DNA of 64,000 nucleotides, taken from positions 1,501 through 65,500 of the forward strand of contig JBDVXS010000139.1 in assembly GCA_039964305.1 (NCBI GenBank), given 5' to 3'. The stretch is from Hyphomicrobiales bacterium. GTDB taxonomy: Bacteria; Pseudomonadota; Alphaproteobacteria; Rhizobiales; JACESI01. The position numbers and the translations under genes are program-made. Shown one piece after another: positions 52,761 to 62,882 of this stretch. Position 1 is the stretch's first letter. Each line of letters begins with the position of its first letter. The notes under the pieces are model-generated. The model worked only from the letters and a program-made list of their open reading frames with translations. It ran no database searches and was not told where the DNA came from.

Positions 52761-53954
52761 ATGGTCGAAAAAAGCAATACTGGTGCGCTTGAATATGGCG
52801 TTCGGGGAAATACTAAAGTTGAGGCCAATAACGATAGAGCCTCCAATGACGTAACTGTCTCTGCTGCACGGTTTGACACCTTGCTTCAAACAGCAGGCGA
52901 CGGGATAATTGTGACCAACGATCGCGCCCGTGTTTTGATGTATAATGAGGCGTGCGAAGCTTTATTCGGCTATGCTTCAGGTGAAATTGTTGGTCGTTAC
53001 GCGACCCTATTGATGCCCCCACGCTCTGTAAGGTCCGACAACGGCTCAATCATTGAGTACGTGAAAAATGGTGGCGACGATGTCATAGGCACGACACACA
53101 CAGTGTATGGCCAACACAAAGACGGGTCTCTCATCCCAATTGAGCTTACCATTGGCAAAGCCTATACACCTGCAGGCCATCAATTCATCGGTGTTCTCAA
53201 GGACTTAAGACCAAAACAAAGCGATCAAGATCGAATTGATGAGCTTCAACAGCAATTACTCAAACTTTCAAGGCGCAATACGGTTGACGAGATGAGCGCG
53301 GGAATGGCGCATGAACTCAACCAACCGCTAACAGCCCTCACCCTTTATTTGCAGGCGATTGAGAAGAAGAACAAAGCTTTTGATGTCCTGAACGCAGACA
53401 TGTCCGACATCTTGCGCAAAGCAATGCGTGAAACCAAGCGGGCGAGCCAAATTAGCCAGCGTATGCGGTGGTTTGGCAAATACGCCACCATGAAGAACGC
53501 CACCGCTGACATAAGCCAGCTCATTCAAGATTCCATCGAAATGACAATGGTTGGTTATCAAAGAAATGGCTTGGAAATTCGAACGGATGTGGCAGGTAAC
53601 CTGCCTGAATTGCTTATTGATGCCGTTCAAATTCAGCAAGTTCTGGTCAACCTACTGCGAAACGCTATCGAAGCGGTAGCCCATCAACAAAGCGCCCGTA
53701 TTTCTGTCAAAGCTAATGTTGCGCATGACTATGTTGCTATTTCTGTGGCTGATTCTGGGTCTGGAATATCGGAAGAAGTTAAGGAGCGACTTTTTCGCAC
53801 ATTCTCCAGCAGTAAAGACACTGGTATGGGTTTGGGGTTGGCAATATCAAATACGATTGTCGAAAGTCATGGTGGACATTTCGATGTTGACCATGGGGGA
53901 AATGGACAGGGGGCGACGTTCACGTTCTACCTACCTGTGAATAAAAAGGCTTAG
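52761..53954 (+). CDS. Soluble PAS-domain sensor histidine kinase, FixL-like
   Basis: One PAS domain that can be aligned without gaps to the FixL heme-PAS as I recall it. H-box MAHELNQPLTAL, N box LLRNAIEA and G boxes DSGSGI / GMGLGLAI. No TM segment. Confidence 0.85.
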   Translation: MVEKSNTGALEYGVRGNTKVEANNDRASNDVTVSAARFDTLLQTAGDGIIVTNDRARVLMYNEACEALFGYASGEIVGRYATLLMPPRSVRSDNGSIIEYVKNGGDDVIGTTHTVYGQHKDGSLIPIELTIGKAYTPAGHQFIGVLKDLRPKQSDQDRIDELQQQLLKLSRRNTVDEMSAGMAHELNQPLTALTLYLQAIEKKNKAFDVLNADMSDILRKAMRETKRASQISQRMRWFGKYATMKNATADISQLIQDSIEMTMVGYQRNGLEIRTDVAGNLPELLIDAVQIQQVLVNLLRNAIEAVAHQQSARISVKANVAHDYVAISVADSGSGISEEVKERLFRTFSSSKDTGMGLGLAISNTIVESHGGHFDVDHGGNGQGATFTFYLPVNKKA

Positions 53955-53961
53955 AACTCGT

Positions 53962-54570
53962 TTGTTACAAACAGCAAATTCAGACCGGAAGAAAATTTAT
54001 ATCGTCGATGACGACATGGCAGTGCGCGATGCATTGCGAACTGTTTTCGAGCTTGAAGGATATGAGGCTATTCTGCTTGATGATGGCAGTCATTTATTAG
54101 AGGGCGTGCGCACTCATGGTCCTCATCCCATTTTATTAGATGCCCATATGCCCGGCCCGTCTGGCATCGATGTGTTGAACTCAATAGACACAAGCAAATA
54201 TGAAGCGCCAATCTTCATTATTTCTGGTCAAGGCGATATCCCAATGGCGGTAGAAGCCATAAAAGCTGGTGCTTATGACTTCATCGAAAAACCGTTTGAT
54301 AGCGACCAAATTGTTGAACGTGTCGTCGATGCTGTTACTAAGTTTGGTGCAAAAACGGCTTCTCCTTCACAAGATTTCGAAGGCGCGAACCTTTTAACCC
54401 CACGCGAAAACGACGTGTTAAAGCTGGTTGCAGCAGGTGCTTCCAATAAGGAAGTGGGGCTTGGCCTCAGTATAAGCCCGCGCACAGTAGAAGTTCATCG
54501 GGCACGTATTATGGAAAAACTAGGGGCAAAAAACGCCGCTGACTTGGTTCGCATCGTCTTAAGCAATTAA
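53962..54570 (+). CDS. FixJ-family response regulator (REC plus LuxR HTH)
   Basis: Blocks GDIPMAVEAIKAGAYDFIEKPF and LTPRENDVL...ISPRTVEVHRARIMEKLGAKN closely resemble FixJ. TTG start. Confidence 0.85.
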   Translation: MLQTANSDRKKIYIVDDDMAVRDALRTVFELEGYEAILLDDGSHLLEGVRTHGPHPILLDAHMPGPSGIDVLNSIDTSKYEAPIFIISGQGDIPMAVEAIKAGAYDFIEKPFDSDQIVERVVDAVTKFGAKTASPSQDFEGANLLTPRENDVLKLVAAGASNKEVGLGLSISPRTVEVHRARIMEKLGAKNAADLVRIVLSN

Positions 54571-54717
54571 ATACCTGTGGCAATTGTTGTCTCCATTAAG
54601 GTGGTCCGCAACAAAGCAATAAGCGCCACAAAGCCGCTGATTTACAAGACTTAACCGCTCGTTAGTGCTCACTTGTTAAGATCCCGCTACCATTTGTATT
54701 GAGTAGGGAGCGGCCTG

Positions 54718-55242
54718 ATGCAGGACGTTGATTTTTCAGAACTATCTTTTGTTGTTGCAGAAGACGGCGCCTATATGCGCGCAATTATTAGAAACATGCT
54801 GCAAGGTTTTGGCTGTCGGCAAATTCACGAAGCTGAAGACGGCGCAGCAGCCCTAGAACTCATCGAACGCGTTATGCCAGACATCGTCATCCTTGATTGG
54901 GTGATGCCCGTTCTTGATGGCTCTGACGTGATGCGAATGATTCGCCAGCCTGAACACCCAATGGCTTATGTGCCCGTTATCATGGTAACCGCCCATACAG
55001 AACGCAAACGTGTTTTAGAAGCGCGCCAGCTTGGTGTGAACGAAGTGCTTGGCAAACCGTTTTCTGCAAAATCTGTCGCGCAGCGCATCCGCTCCGTCAT
55101 CATGCATTCCCGTTCCTTCGTCAATGAAGGCGGATATTTTGGTCCAGAGCCCCGCGAAATTATTTCAAACCGTTCCACGGCTTCCGCCGCTCTTCGTGCT
55201 AAACAACAAGCCCAAGGTGATGACGAACCTGCCAGCGCATAA
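54718..55242 (+). CDS. Single-domain response regulator (REC) with a ~50-aa C-terminal tail
   Basis: Acidic pocket AEDG, phospho-acceptor ILDWVMP, T (MVTAH), K (LGKPF) and a GGYFGPEPR tail motif. Confidence 0.8.
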   Translation: MQDVDFSELSFVVAEDGAYMRAIIRNMLQGFGCRQIHEAEDGAAALELIERVMPDIVILDWVMPVLDGSDVMRMIRQPEHPMAYVPVIMVTAHTERKRVLEARQLGVNEVLGKPFSAKSVAQRIRSVIMHSRSFVNEGGYFGPEPREIISNRSTASAALRAKQQAQGDDEPASA

Positions 55243-55339
55243 GTTTTGCGACACTTTTCGCCCATGCACACCGTTTTTTGTGTTTCAGCAAGCCGCATCA
55301 TAGCGTATTAAAATCCTTCAAAGAAAAGAAGGATTCCCC

Positions 55340-55732
55340 ATGTCACGTGCCATTATTGTTTGTCAGACTTGCCGTCATACAGCTGAAGAAAAAATTGATG
55401 GCGATGGTGTAACTGGCGGTGAACGACTGACGGAGCATTTGGAAAAAGCACTGGAAGGTCGTGACGACATTACCATCCAAAAGCAAGACTGCCTTTGGGC
55501 ATGTTCCCAACACTGCAATGTCATCATGTCTGACACCGATCGCTTTTCTTATCTTGCAGGGCGTTTTGAGCCCAAGCAGGAAGCCGCAGACGCGATTGTT
55601 GAATGGTTTGATAAACACGGCACCAGCAAAACGGGCCAAGTGCCATTTCGTGAATGGCCATTAGAAATGAAAGGCCATTTCATTGCTCGTTTGCCTGTTC
55701 ATGGCTCACCAGAAAAGACGGACCCTGAGTGA
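55340..55732 (+). CDS. DUF1636 family metal-binding (thioredoxin-like 2Fe-2S type) protein
   Basis: CQTC...CLWAC..C Cys pattern. Length 130 aa. Overlaps cobU by an ATGA. Confidence 0.7.
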   Translation: MSRAIIVCQTCRHTAEEKIDGDGVTGGERLTEHLEKALEGRDDITIQKQDCLWACSQHCNVIMSDTDRFSYLAGRFEPKQEAADAIVEWFDKHGTSKTGQVPFREWPLEMKGHFIARLPVHGSPEKTDPE

Positions 55733-56253
55733 TGATCACACTGGTTCTTGGTGGTGCACGTTCTGGCAAAAGCCGATATGCAGAACAGCTCGGCCATGAT
55801 TGGTTGACGGCAACTCCAGACGGTGAACGGCTTTATATCGCAACGTGTCAGGCATTCGATAATGAAATGTCGACCCGCATCGACAAACACAAAGAACAGC
55901 GCGGCGACAACTGGACGACTATCGAAGAGCCGTTTCGCCTGAGCCATTGTTTGAAGACTGAAGCCCAAAAAATCCGATTTATACTGGTCGATTGTCTGAC
56001 CCTGTGGCTTACCAATCACCTCCTTGCAGAACATGACATCGAACAAGAAATCGCAACCCTTTGCGATACGCTGAGCAAAGCGGATGGCAACATCGTGCTG
56101 GTGGCTAATGAAGTTGGTCTTGGCATCGTGCCTGACAATAAACTTGCCAGACAATTCCGCGACCATGCGGGTATTTGCAATCAACGTGTGGCAGAGGTGG
56201 CTGACCGCGTGGTGTTTATTGCAGCAGGCTTGCCGTTAGTTATGAAGGGCTAA
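55729..56253 (+). CDS. cobU: Bifunctional adenosylcobinamide kinase / adenosylcobinamide-phosphate guanylyltransferase (CobU/CobP)
   Basis: P-loop LVLGGARSGKS, with HxxxR and DCLTLWL blocks. Length 174 aa. Confidence 0.9.
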   Translation: MMITLVLGGARSGKSRYAEQLGHDWLTATPDGERLYIATCQAFDNEMSTRIDKHKEQRGDNWTTIEEPFRLSHCLKTEAQKIRFILVDCLTLWLTNHLLAEHDIEQEIATLCDTLSKADGNIVLVANEVGLGIVPDNKLARQFRDHAGICNQRVAEVADRVVFIAAGLPLVMKG

Positions 56254-57230
56254 ACCAGCACCAAAACCACCAATGTGATCACAGCCAAAATGATCGCAGC
56301 CAACGTCATACTCCAGCGAAAAAATTCAATGGCAATTTTGATGTCGGTTTTCGTCAGATAATCTCTACCATGCCCCATTGTCGCAAGTTCAACCGCACGC
56401 CCCTCATAAGACCGTGGACCGCCAAGGGTCAAACCCAGCGCCCCCGCCATCGCCGCTTCGGGCCAGCCCGCATTGGGAGAGAGGTGATTTCCAGCATCTC
56501 GCATCATCACTTGATAAGCCTCCTTACCCCTCCATTTTTGCCGCAAGAAAGCTGTTGCAACAAACAGCAAACCGCAAAGGCGTGAGGCAGGATAATTGAC
56601 AAGATCATCAAGCTTGGCGGATGCCCAACCAAAATCGAGATACTTCTCACTGCGATAACCAACCATGCTATCGGCCGTGTTTATCGCCTTATAAACAGCA
56701 GCCCCAGGTAGGCCAAAAAGCATCATCCAAAACAGCGGCGCAATCACACCATCTGCGGTGTTCTCTGCAAGGCTTTCAACCCCTGCCTTCGCCACTTCAC
56801 TTTCGTCTAATTGGCTAGGATCACGCCCAACAATATGCGACACTGCCGTGCGACCTTTTTCAATACTTTCACCCAGAGATCGTCCCACTGCTTCCACAAA
56901 ATCTCTCAATGATTTTTGGGCAAGCATGGAAGATGCAAGCACGGCCTCTATTAACAAGCCACCAACGAATGAGCGCAGAAAAAGCGAGATCGGGAGCGCA
57001 ATAATGAAGACCAAAAAAACAAGGATAAAGAGTGAAAATATTCCTTTCCTCCGTCGAGAATCAGTTAAAAGGTTATCTCTGTTTAAAAATCGGTCCAAAA
57101 TCGATATAAGTGCGCCCATCCAGACAACCGGATGATTTATGGCTCTATAAAGCCAATTCGGGTATCCGACCAATCTTTCAAAAATTAAGGCTGCAAGAGC
57201 GACCAAAAGGTTCAGCGCTAGATAGCTCAT
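56250..57230 (-). CDS. cobD: Adenosylcobinamide-phosphate synthase (CobD/CbiB)
   Basis: 326-aa membrane protein with CbiB blocks (SHIVGRD, ESLAENTADGVIAPLFW, DSMVGY, SPNAGWPEAAMAGALG). Confidence 0.9.
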   Translation of the reverse strand: MSYLALNLLVALAALIFERLVGYPNWLYRAINHPVVWMGALISILDRFLNRDNLLTDSRRRKGIFSLFILVFLVFIIALPISLFLRSFVGGLLIEAVLASSMLAQKSLRDFVEAVGRSLGESIEKGRTAVSHIVGRDPSQLDESEVAKAGVESLAENTADGVIAPLFWMMLFGLPGAAVYKAINTADSMVGYRSEKYLDFGWASAKLDDLVNYPASRLCGLLFVATAFLRQKWRGKEAYQVMMRDAGNHLSPNAGWPEAAMAGALGLTLGGPRSYEGRAVELATMGHGRDYLTKTDIKIAIEFFRWSMTLAAIILAVITLVVLVLV

Positions 57231-58240
57231 GCCAAATTCACCGCCGCTTTTAACCGTGCAAGTTCGCGATCATTTTTCGGCAACCCAATGCGCAACCAAT
57301 CGCGGTTATAATCGAACGCACGAACATAAATTCTTGCACGAAGTAGCTCTTTAAAGAGGCTTGGCTTTGCGCTTTGATCGACCAAGGTAAAAAGGTCAGT
57401 GCCACCAACTACAGGGATTTTCGCCTCTTTAAAAATCATCAAAACCGATTGAGTTTGCGCCGTCAAAAATTGCAGCGTTTCCTTTTGCCAAACATTATCT
57501 GACAACGCCTGAAACCCAATTTCTAAGGCTGGAGCGGACACAGGCCAAGAACCAATTTGTTTCGCCATTGCTTCTATTATCGCAGTTGGGGCCACCATAA
57601 ATCCAAGCCGCGCACCTGCAAGGCCAAAGAATTTCCCAACAGATTTCAAAATGATAACATTGAAATTCTCAACCAACGCAGTTGTTGATTTTCCTTCATC
57701 AGCCAAATCAGCAAAAGCCTCATCAACAATCAACCAACTACCTGCACTGGTTTGTTTCTCAGCTAACGCAAGTAACTCATCAGCACTATAAGTGCGGCCA
57801 TCAGGGTTGTTGGGGTTGGTCAAAACCAAAATGCCGCCGCCATGCTCATGTGGGTTTTTAATTAAAGAGCAATTAGCGTTTGAACGCCTCCAAGCTTGTT
57901 CATGATCGCCATAAGTTGGGCTAACAATAGAGACCGCCTGCCCTTCAAAAAGGCTTGGTAAAAGCTGGATCAACAAAGCCGATCCAGATGCTGCGAGCAG
58001 ATTTTGAGAAGACGGCACGTTGTAATATTTGACCGCCGCATCGATTAATTTTCGATACAAATCTTGAGTTGGTAATGCATGCCATAAAGCGGGATCAAGA
58101 GCAGGAACGGGATAAGGCCGAGGATTGATTCCAGTTGATAAGTCTATCCAGCTAGACAAATCACCCGTTTCAAAGCCAAATTCACGGCTTAGTGCCATTG
58201 CCCATTTTAGGTCACCACCATGCACAGGAGACGCCATCAA
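57227..58240 (-). CDS. cobC: Threonine-phosphate decarboxylase (CobC in P. denitrificans naming, CobD in Salmonella naming)
   Basis: Class I/II aminotransferase fold with an N-terminal HGGDL and the PLP-Lys region [16 protein letters not shown]. It sits between cobQ and cobD. Confidence 0.8.
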   Translation of the reverse strand: MMASPVHGGDLKWAMALSREFGFETGDLSSWIDLSTGINPRPYPVPALDPALWHALPTQDLYRKLIDAAVKYYNVPSSQNLLAASGSALLIQLLPSLFEGQAVSIVSPTYGDHEQAWRRSNANCSLIKNPHEHGGGILVLTNPNNPDGRTYSADELLALAEKQTSAGSWLIVDEAFADLADEGKSTTALVENFNVIILKSVGKFFGLAGARLGFMVAPTAIIEAMAKQIGSWPVSAPALEIGFQALSDNVWQKETLQFLTAQTQSVLMIFKEAKIPVVGGTDLFTLVDQSAKPSLFKELLRARIYVRAFDYNRDWLRIGLPKNDRELARLKAAVNLA

Positions 58241-59694
58241 CTTACCTCCTTAGCTATCTTAAATAGACGATCTAAATCGACATGAGTCTCCATGTGATCG
58301 GCCAGCTGGTTGAGGGTGTCGTCAATCAGTGTGTCATAACTCAAATCAGACGTTTGAATACCGAAGGGTGCAAGATAAGATTTTCGAAAATCATCACTTG
58401 AAAAAATGCCATGTAAATAGGTGCCAGCAATTTGGCCATCTCGCGCAACAGCCCCTTCTGCTTGTCCGTCAATTTCAGCAAATGGGTATGAACGCGCAGG
58501 GCCATCACTCTCACCTAAATGCATCTCATAACCATCCATTATCTCGCCGCTGGCAAGATGTTTTGCCTTGCGATTTACGAGCGATTTTTTCGGCGTCAAC
58601 GTGGTCTCAATATCAAGCAACCCAAGTCCATCAATGCTACCGCTCGCCCCTTCGATGCCGTCGGGGTCATGAATTTTTTGCCCCAACATTTGGTACCCCC
58701 CACAAAGCCCAAGCACTCGACCGCCACGCCTGACATGGGCGCTCAAATCCACGTCCCAACCCTGCTCTCTAAAATACGCCATATCAGCCATTGTCGATTT
58801 TGAACCAGGCAGTAAAATCAAATCTGCGTCCGCTGGAATGGGATCACCTGCTTGTACAAAAATAACGCTAACACCCTCTTCAAGGCGAAGCGGGTCTAGG
58901 TCATCAAAGTTTGAAATGCGCGCCAGACGCGGAACCGCAATTTTGATCGCGCCTTGATCGTCAGACACCTTATCAAGTGCCAATGCATCTTCAGCAGGCA
59001 AATTGCGTGCTGCTCCAAAGTGCGGAACGACACCGGCAGAAAACCAACCCGTCGCCTCTTCCACAATTTTTATACCGTCATCAAACAGCGACACATCACC
59101 ATGAAAATTATTGATGAGGAAAGCTTTGATCCGCTGATTGTCAGCATCATCCAAAACCGCCTTAGTGCCAACAAGTGAGGCGATCACCCCACCGCGATGA
59201 ATATCGCCGACCAACATCACAGGCAAATTGGCCGCATGGGCAAAACCCATATTGGCAAGATCAGCGGTTCGAAGATTGACCTCGGCAGGGCTGCCCGCAC
59301 CTTCAACCAGCACGAGGTCCGCTTCCGCTTTCATGCGCTCGAAGCTCTCGATAATCGCTGGCATAAATTGCGCGCGCGTTTTGAAATATTCGCGCGCACT
59401 CATGGTCGCAGCCCGCTTGCCCTGCACAATTACTTGGCTGCCTGTATTGGTCTCTGGTTTTAACAAAACGGGGTTCATGTGAACGCTCGGCTCAACACAT
59501 GCAGCCATTGCTTGCAGTGCCTGCGCCCGACCGATCTCGCCACCATCAGCCGTTACCGCTGCATTGTTCGACATATTTTGCGGCTTGAATGGGCGAACCG
59601 TGAGGCTACGATTTTTATAGGCACGGCATAGGCCAGCCACAATCAGCGACTTGCCAACATCAGACCCCGTGCCCTGCACCATCAACGCACTCAT
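58237..59694 (-). CDS. cobQ: Cobyric acid synthase
   Basis: [13 protein letters not shown]-loop and a C-terminal GATase ([15 protein letters not shown]). I place the start at ATG 59694, an ATGA overlap with the cobB stop. The longest ORF extends to 59739. Confidence 0.95.
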   Translation of the reverse strand: MSALMVQGTGSDVGKSLIVAGLCRAYKNRSLTVRPFKPQNMSNNAAVTADGGEIGRAQALQAMAACVEPSVHMNPVLLKPETNTGSQVIVQGKRAATMSAREYFKTRAQFMPAIIESFERMKAEADLVLVEGAGSPAEVNLRTADLANMGFAHAANLPVMLVGDIHRGGVIASLVGTKAVLDDADNQRIKAFLINNFHGDVSLFDDGIKIVEEATGWFSAGVVPHFGAARNLPAEDALALDKVSDDQGAIKIAVPRLARISNFDDLDPLRLEEGVSVIFVQAGDPIPADADLILLPGSKSTMADMAYFREQGWDVDLSAHVRRGGRVLGLCGGYQMLGQKIHDPDGIEGASGSIDGLGLLDIETTLTPKKSLVNRKAKHLASGEIMDGYEMHLGESDGPARSYPFAEIDGQAEGAVARDGQIAGTYLHGIFSSDDFRKSYLAPFGIQTSDLSYDTLIDDTLNQLADHMETHVDLDRLFKIAKEVS

Positions 59695-60992
59695 GATCCA
59701 TCCTCCGACGCGATCACATGAGCATAGGAGCCAACACATTTACCAAACGACAAACCCATCGGGTCCAGCACATCACCCACTGCATTTTCAGCCCAGAACA
59801 AAGCCGTATCATCCCCTTGCGCAATCAAGGTTGAATAATGAAATTCATGGCCGCGTAAGGTGTCGGGCCACGGTAAGGCACTTTTATGAGTGAGGCGTCG
59901 ATAACCCAAATGGCGGGTGCGCTGTTCAAAGCTGGTGGTAACCGGCAGTAGGCCTGCCATTTCATGGGCCACGCCGTCGCCATCAATCAGCACATCACCC
60001 ATCACCATAAAGCCGCCGCACTCACCATAAATCAGTGCGTCACCGTTTAACCCTCTCAAGCCATCAAGAAACACTTCATTGTTCGCAAGCTTGCCTGCAT
60101 GAAGTTCTGGATAACCGCCTGACAAGAACACGGCGTCAGCAGACGGATCAGGGGCCTCATTGTTTAAAGGTGAAAATGGCAAAAGTTCCGCACCCTGCGC
60201 CCGCCATCCATCAATCATATGCGCATAAGAAAAGCTAAAAGCTTCATCTTTTGCCAAAGCGATACGCTGGCCAAGTGGCGCGAGAGGTTTAGCCTCAGCG
60301 CCGTCAAACCCACCAGCTTGGAAAGCGGCGATTGCCTCAAGATCAACATGAGTCACCATCAAATCAGCGGCTTGATCAATTAATGCTTCCAATGCGCCGT
60401 GCTCTTGAGCCTGAACCAAACCCAAATGGCGCGACGGCATTTTTAGGCTTTCAACGCGCGGTAGACAACCAAGCACGGGAACATCAACGGCCTCGGCTGC
60501 TTTTTGAAGCAAGCCCGCATGACGCTCACTACCAACACGGTTGAAAATGACGCCCGCCACATCAATATCACCGCGAAAACTCTTAAATCCGTGCAAAAGG
60601 GCCGCAGCAGAAAAACTCTGCGAACGGGCATCAACCACCATCACCACAGGCAGGTTTAAACTCGCAGCGAGATCCGCCGTTGAGCCATAGCCATTGTCCG
60701 CCCCATCAAAAAGGCCCATCACGCCTTCAACCAGCAGATAATCATTTGTCTTAGCAAGATTAGAAACCCGCGCCTCACCCATCGCCCAAAGATCAAGATT
60801 GACACAAGGCGCGCCAGACGCCCGCGCATGAAAGGCAGGATCAATATAATCTGGCCCAACTTTCGCGCTCTTTACTTGCACATCAGATCGCCCCAAAGCC
60901 CGCAACAAGCCAAGCGTCACCAACGTCTTTCCCGACCCAGATTGGGGGGCAGCAATCACGCATCCATTTGACGGTTGAAGAGGCACAAACAA
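59691..60992 (-). CDS. cobB: Cobyrinate (hydrogenobyrinate) a,c-diamide synthase
   Basis: [11 protein letters not shown]-loop, GPDYIDP, and a GATase Cys region ([11 protein letters not shown]). Length 433 aa. Confidence 0.9.
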   Translation of the reverse strand: MFVPLQPSNGCVIAAPQSGSGKTLVTLGLLRALGRSDVQVKSAKVGPDYIDPAFHARASGAPCVNLDLWAMGEARVSNLAKTNDYLLVEGVMGLFDGADNGYGSTADLAASLNLPVVMVVDARSQSFSAAALLHGFKSFRGDIDVAGVIFNRVGSERHAGLLQKAAEAVDVPVLGCLPRVESLKMPSRHLGLVQAQEHGALEALIDQAADLMVTHVDLEAIAAFQAGGFDGAEAKPLAPLGQRIALAKDEAFSFSYAHMIDGWRAQGAELLPFSPLNNEAPDPSADAVFLSGGYPELHAGKLANNEVFLDGLRGLNGDALIYGECGGFMVMGDVLIDGDGVAHEMAGLLPVTTSFEQRTRHLGYRRLTHKSALPWPDTLRGHEFHYSTLIAQGDDTALFWAENAVGDVLDPMGLSFGKCVGSYAHVIASEDGS

Positions 60993-61029
60993 TCCTAACG
61001 TTTTAATCTTTCAAAGAGTTGTATAGAAC

Positions 61030-62163
61030 GTGGTTATGGCGCACTCAATCGACGATGTGAAAGACAGTGAAAATAACCAACCTCTCAAAAGAGGATGGAC
61101 CACAGGTGCGTGTGCCACGGCTGCAACAAAAGCGGCACTATCCGCGCTTTTAACAGACCGTTTTGAAGACCCCGTAACAATTTTACTGCCAAAGGGCGAA
61201 ACGCCAAGTTTTCCTCTCGCCATTGAAGAAAAAGCCGAAGACTTTGCCCGTGCAGGAATTATTAAAGATGCGGGCGATGACCCTGATGTCACACACGGCG
61301 CAATGATTGTCTCAAAAGTACAGTTTGGCGAGAACGGCACAGGCATCACCTTTAAGGCGGGCAAAGGCGTTGGCACTGTTACCCGCCCGGGCCTGCCCTT
61401 GGATGTTGGCGAACCTGCCATAAATCCGGTTCCCCGCTCGCTCATGAGCGAGGTTGTTGAAACGCTTTGTGCAACACATGGTGCCGCGCCTGATATTGAG
61501 ATTGAAATTTCCATTCCCACAGGCGAGCAACTGGCGGACCAAACATGGAATCCACGCCTTGGTATTGTCGGCGGTTTATCCATTCTTGGTACAACAGGTA
61601 TTGTGCATCCGTTTTCTTGTTCCGCGTGGATACACTCCATCCATCGCGGCATTGATGTTGCCGTGGCTGAAGGTCTGCCCCATGTGGCGGGCTGCACGGG
61701 GTCAACCTCTGAAAAAGCCGTGCAGGAGCATTTCGGCCTGCCTGATCACGCCATGCTCGACATGGGTGACTTTGCGGGTGGCATGTTAAAATATATCAGA
61801 AACCATCCTGTTCCTCGCGTCACCATCGGCGGTGGTTTTGCGAAACTGACGAAACTTGGTCAAGGCTTCATGGATTTGCATTCTGGTCGCAGCCAAGTGG
61901 ATTTTGAATGGCTGGCAGACCGCGCTGTTGAAGCCGGCATTGCAGATGCAGCCGATGCCATACGCAGCGCAAACACCGCAGCCCATGCCAGAGAAATTGG
62001 CCTCGAACACGGTATGGACCTCGCCCCCACCATTGCCCGACACGCGCAGGAACAAGCCCGTAAGACTTTGCGAAATTTGTCAACACTTGTTGACATTATG
62101 GTAATTGATCGCAAAGGAAACATTATCGCGCAGCAAAATGACCCCAAAACAGGTGAAGCATGA
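61030..62163 (+). CDS. cbiD: Cobalt-precorrin-5B (C1)-methyltransferase CbiD-like
   Basis: LKRGWTTGACATAA N-terminal block, DAGDDPDVTHG, and GTTGIVHPFSCSAW. GTG at 61030 or ATG at 61036. Confidence 0.85.
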   Translation: MVMAHSIDDVKDSENNQPLKRGWTTGACATAATKAALSALLTDRFEDPVTILLPKGETPSFPLAIEEKAEDFARAGIIKDAGDDPDVTHGAMIVSKVQFGENGTGITFKAGKGVGTVTRPGLPLDVGEPAINPVPRSLMSEVVETLCATHGAAPDIEIEISIPTGEQLADQTWNPRLGIVGGLSILGTTGIVHPFSCSAWIHSIHRGIDVAVAEGLPHVAGCTGSTSEKAVQEHFGLPDHAMLDMGDFAGGMLKYIRNHPVPRVTIGGGFAKLTKLGQGFMDLHSGRSQVDFEWLADRAVEAGIADAADAIRSANTAAHAREIGLEHGMDLAPTIARHAQEQARKTLRNLSTLVDIMVIDRKGNIIAQQNDPKTGEA

Positions 62164-62882
62164 GCAAACGCATCTTGATCTTAGGTGGCACGGGTGAAGC
62201 AAGAATGCTGGCTGTTCACTTGAACGAATTAAGCTTCGACGTTATCTCCAGCCTTGCAGGGCGAACGGACAATCCCACCCTGCCAGATGGAGAAACACGC
62301 ATTGGCGGTTTTGGCGGCGTGGAAGGCCTTCGCGATTATCTGATTGGCGAGAAAATTGACCTCTTGATTGACGCAACCCACCCCTTTGCCGCGCGTATTT
62401 CAACCAATGCTTTTGAAGCAACAAAGCAAGCAGGCATTGAAATCATCCGCTTAGAGCGGCAACCGTGGGAGGCGGAGGAAGGTGATATTTGGCATCATGT
62501 GCAAAGCTTAGAAGATGCTGTCACTGCCTTGCCAAAGAACTGCACGGCCCTTGTTACAATTGGACGCCAGCAACTTGGTAGTTTTCTCGATCGTGGCGAC
62601 GTCACCGTCATTGCCCGCGCGATTGAGGCGCCGTCCATTGTCGTGCCCGACAATTGGGAAATCATCCTCGCACGCCCGCCCTTTACTCTCGCTGATGAAC
62701 TTGAACTGTTCCGCAGCAGAAAAATTGACGTGCTTGTCACAAAAAATGCGGGTGGCAATGAGACGCGCGAGAAACTGATTGCCGCGCGTCAATTGCAAAA
62801 ACCAGTCATCATCATTGATCGCTTACCAAAGCCCACGATACAAACTTTTACGACAACTGAAGAATTGCTCGCAGCCCTTTAA
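62160..62882 (+). CDS. cobK: Precorrin-6A / cobalt-precorrin-6A reductase
   Basis: ILILGGTGEAR N-terminus, DATHPFA and VTKNAGG blocks. Length 240 aa. Confidence 0.85.
   Translation: MSKRILILGGTGEARMLAVHLNELSFDVISSLAGRTDNPTLPDGETRIGGFGGVEGLRDYLIGEKIDLLIDATHPFAARISTNAFEATKQAGIEIIRLERQPWEAEEGDIWHHVQSLEDAVTALPKNCTALVTIGRQQLGSFLDRGDVTVIARAIEAPSIVVPDNWEIILARPPFTLADELELFRSRKIDVLVTKNAGGNETREKLIAARQLQKPVIIIDRLPKPTIQTFTTTEELLAAL

Noticed and set aside
55243-55339. Possible riboswitch or leader upstream of DUF1636-cobU
   Set aside because: At 97 nt it is too short for a cobalamin aptamer plus expression platform, and no conserved cores were seen.
61011-61697. 228-aa minus-strand ORF
   Set aside because: It is antisense to cbiD, whose translation carries strong family motifs. 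The antisense product is Ser/Pro/Gly-rich and looks non-coding.
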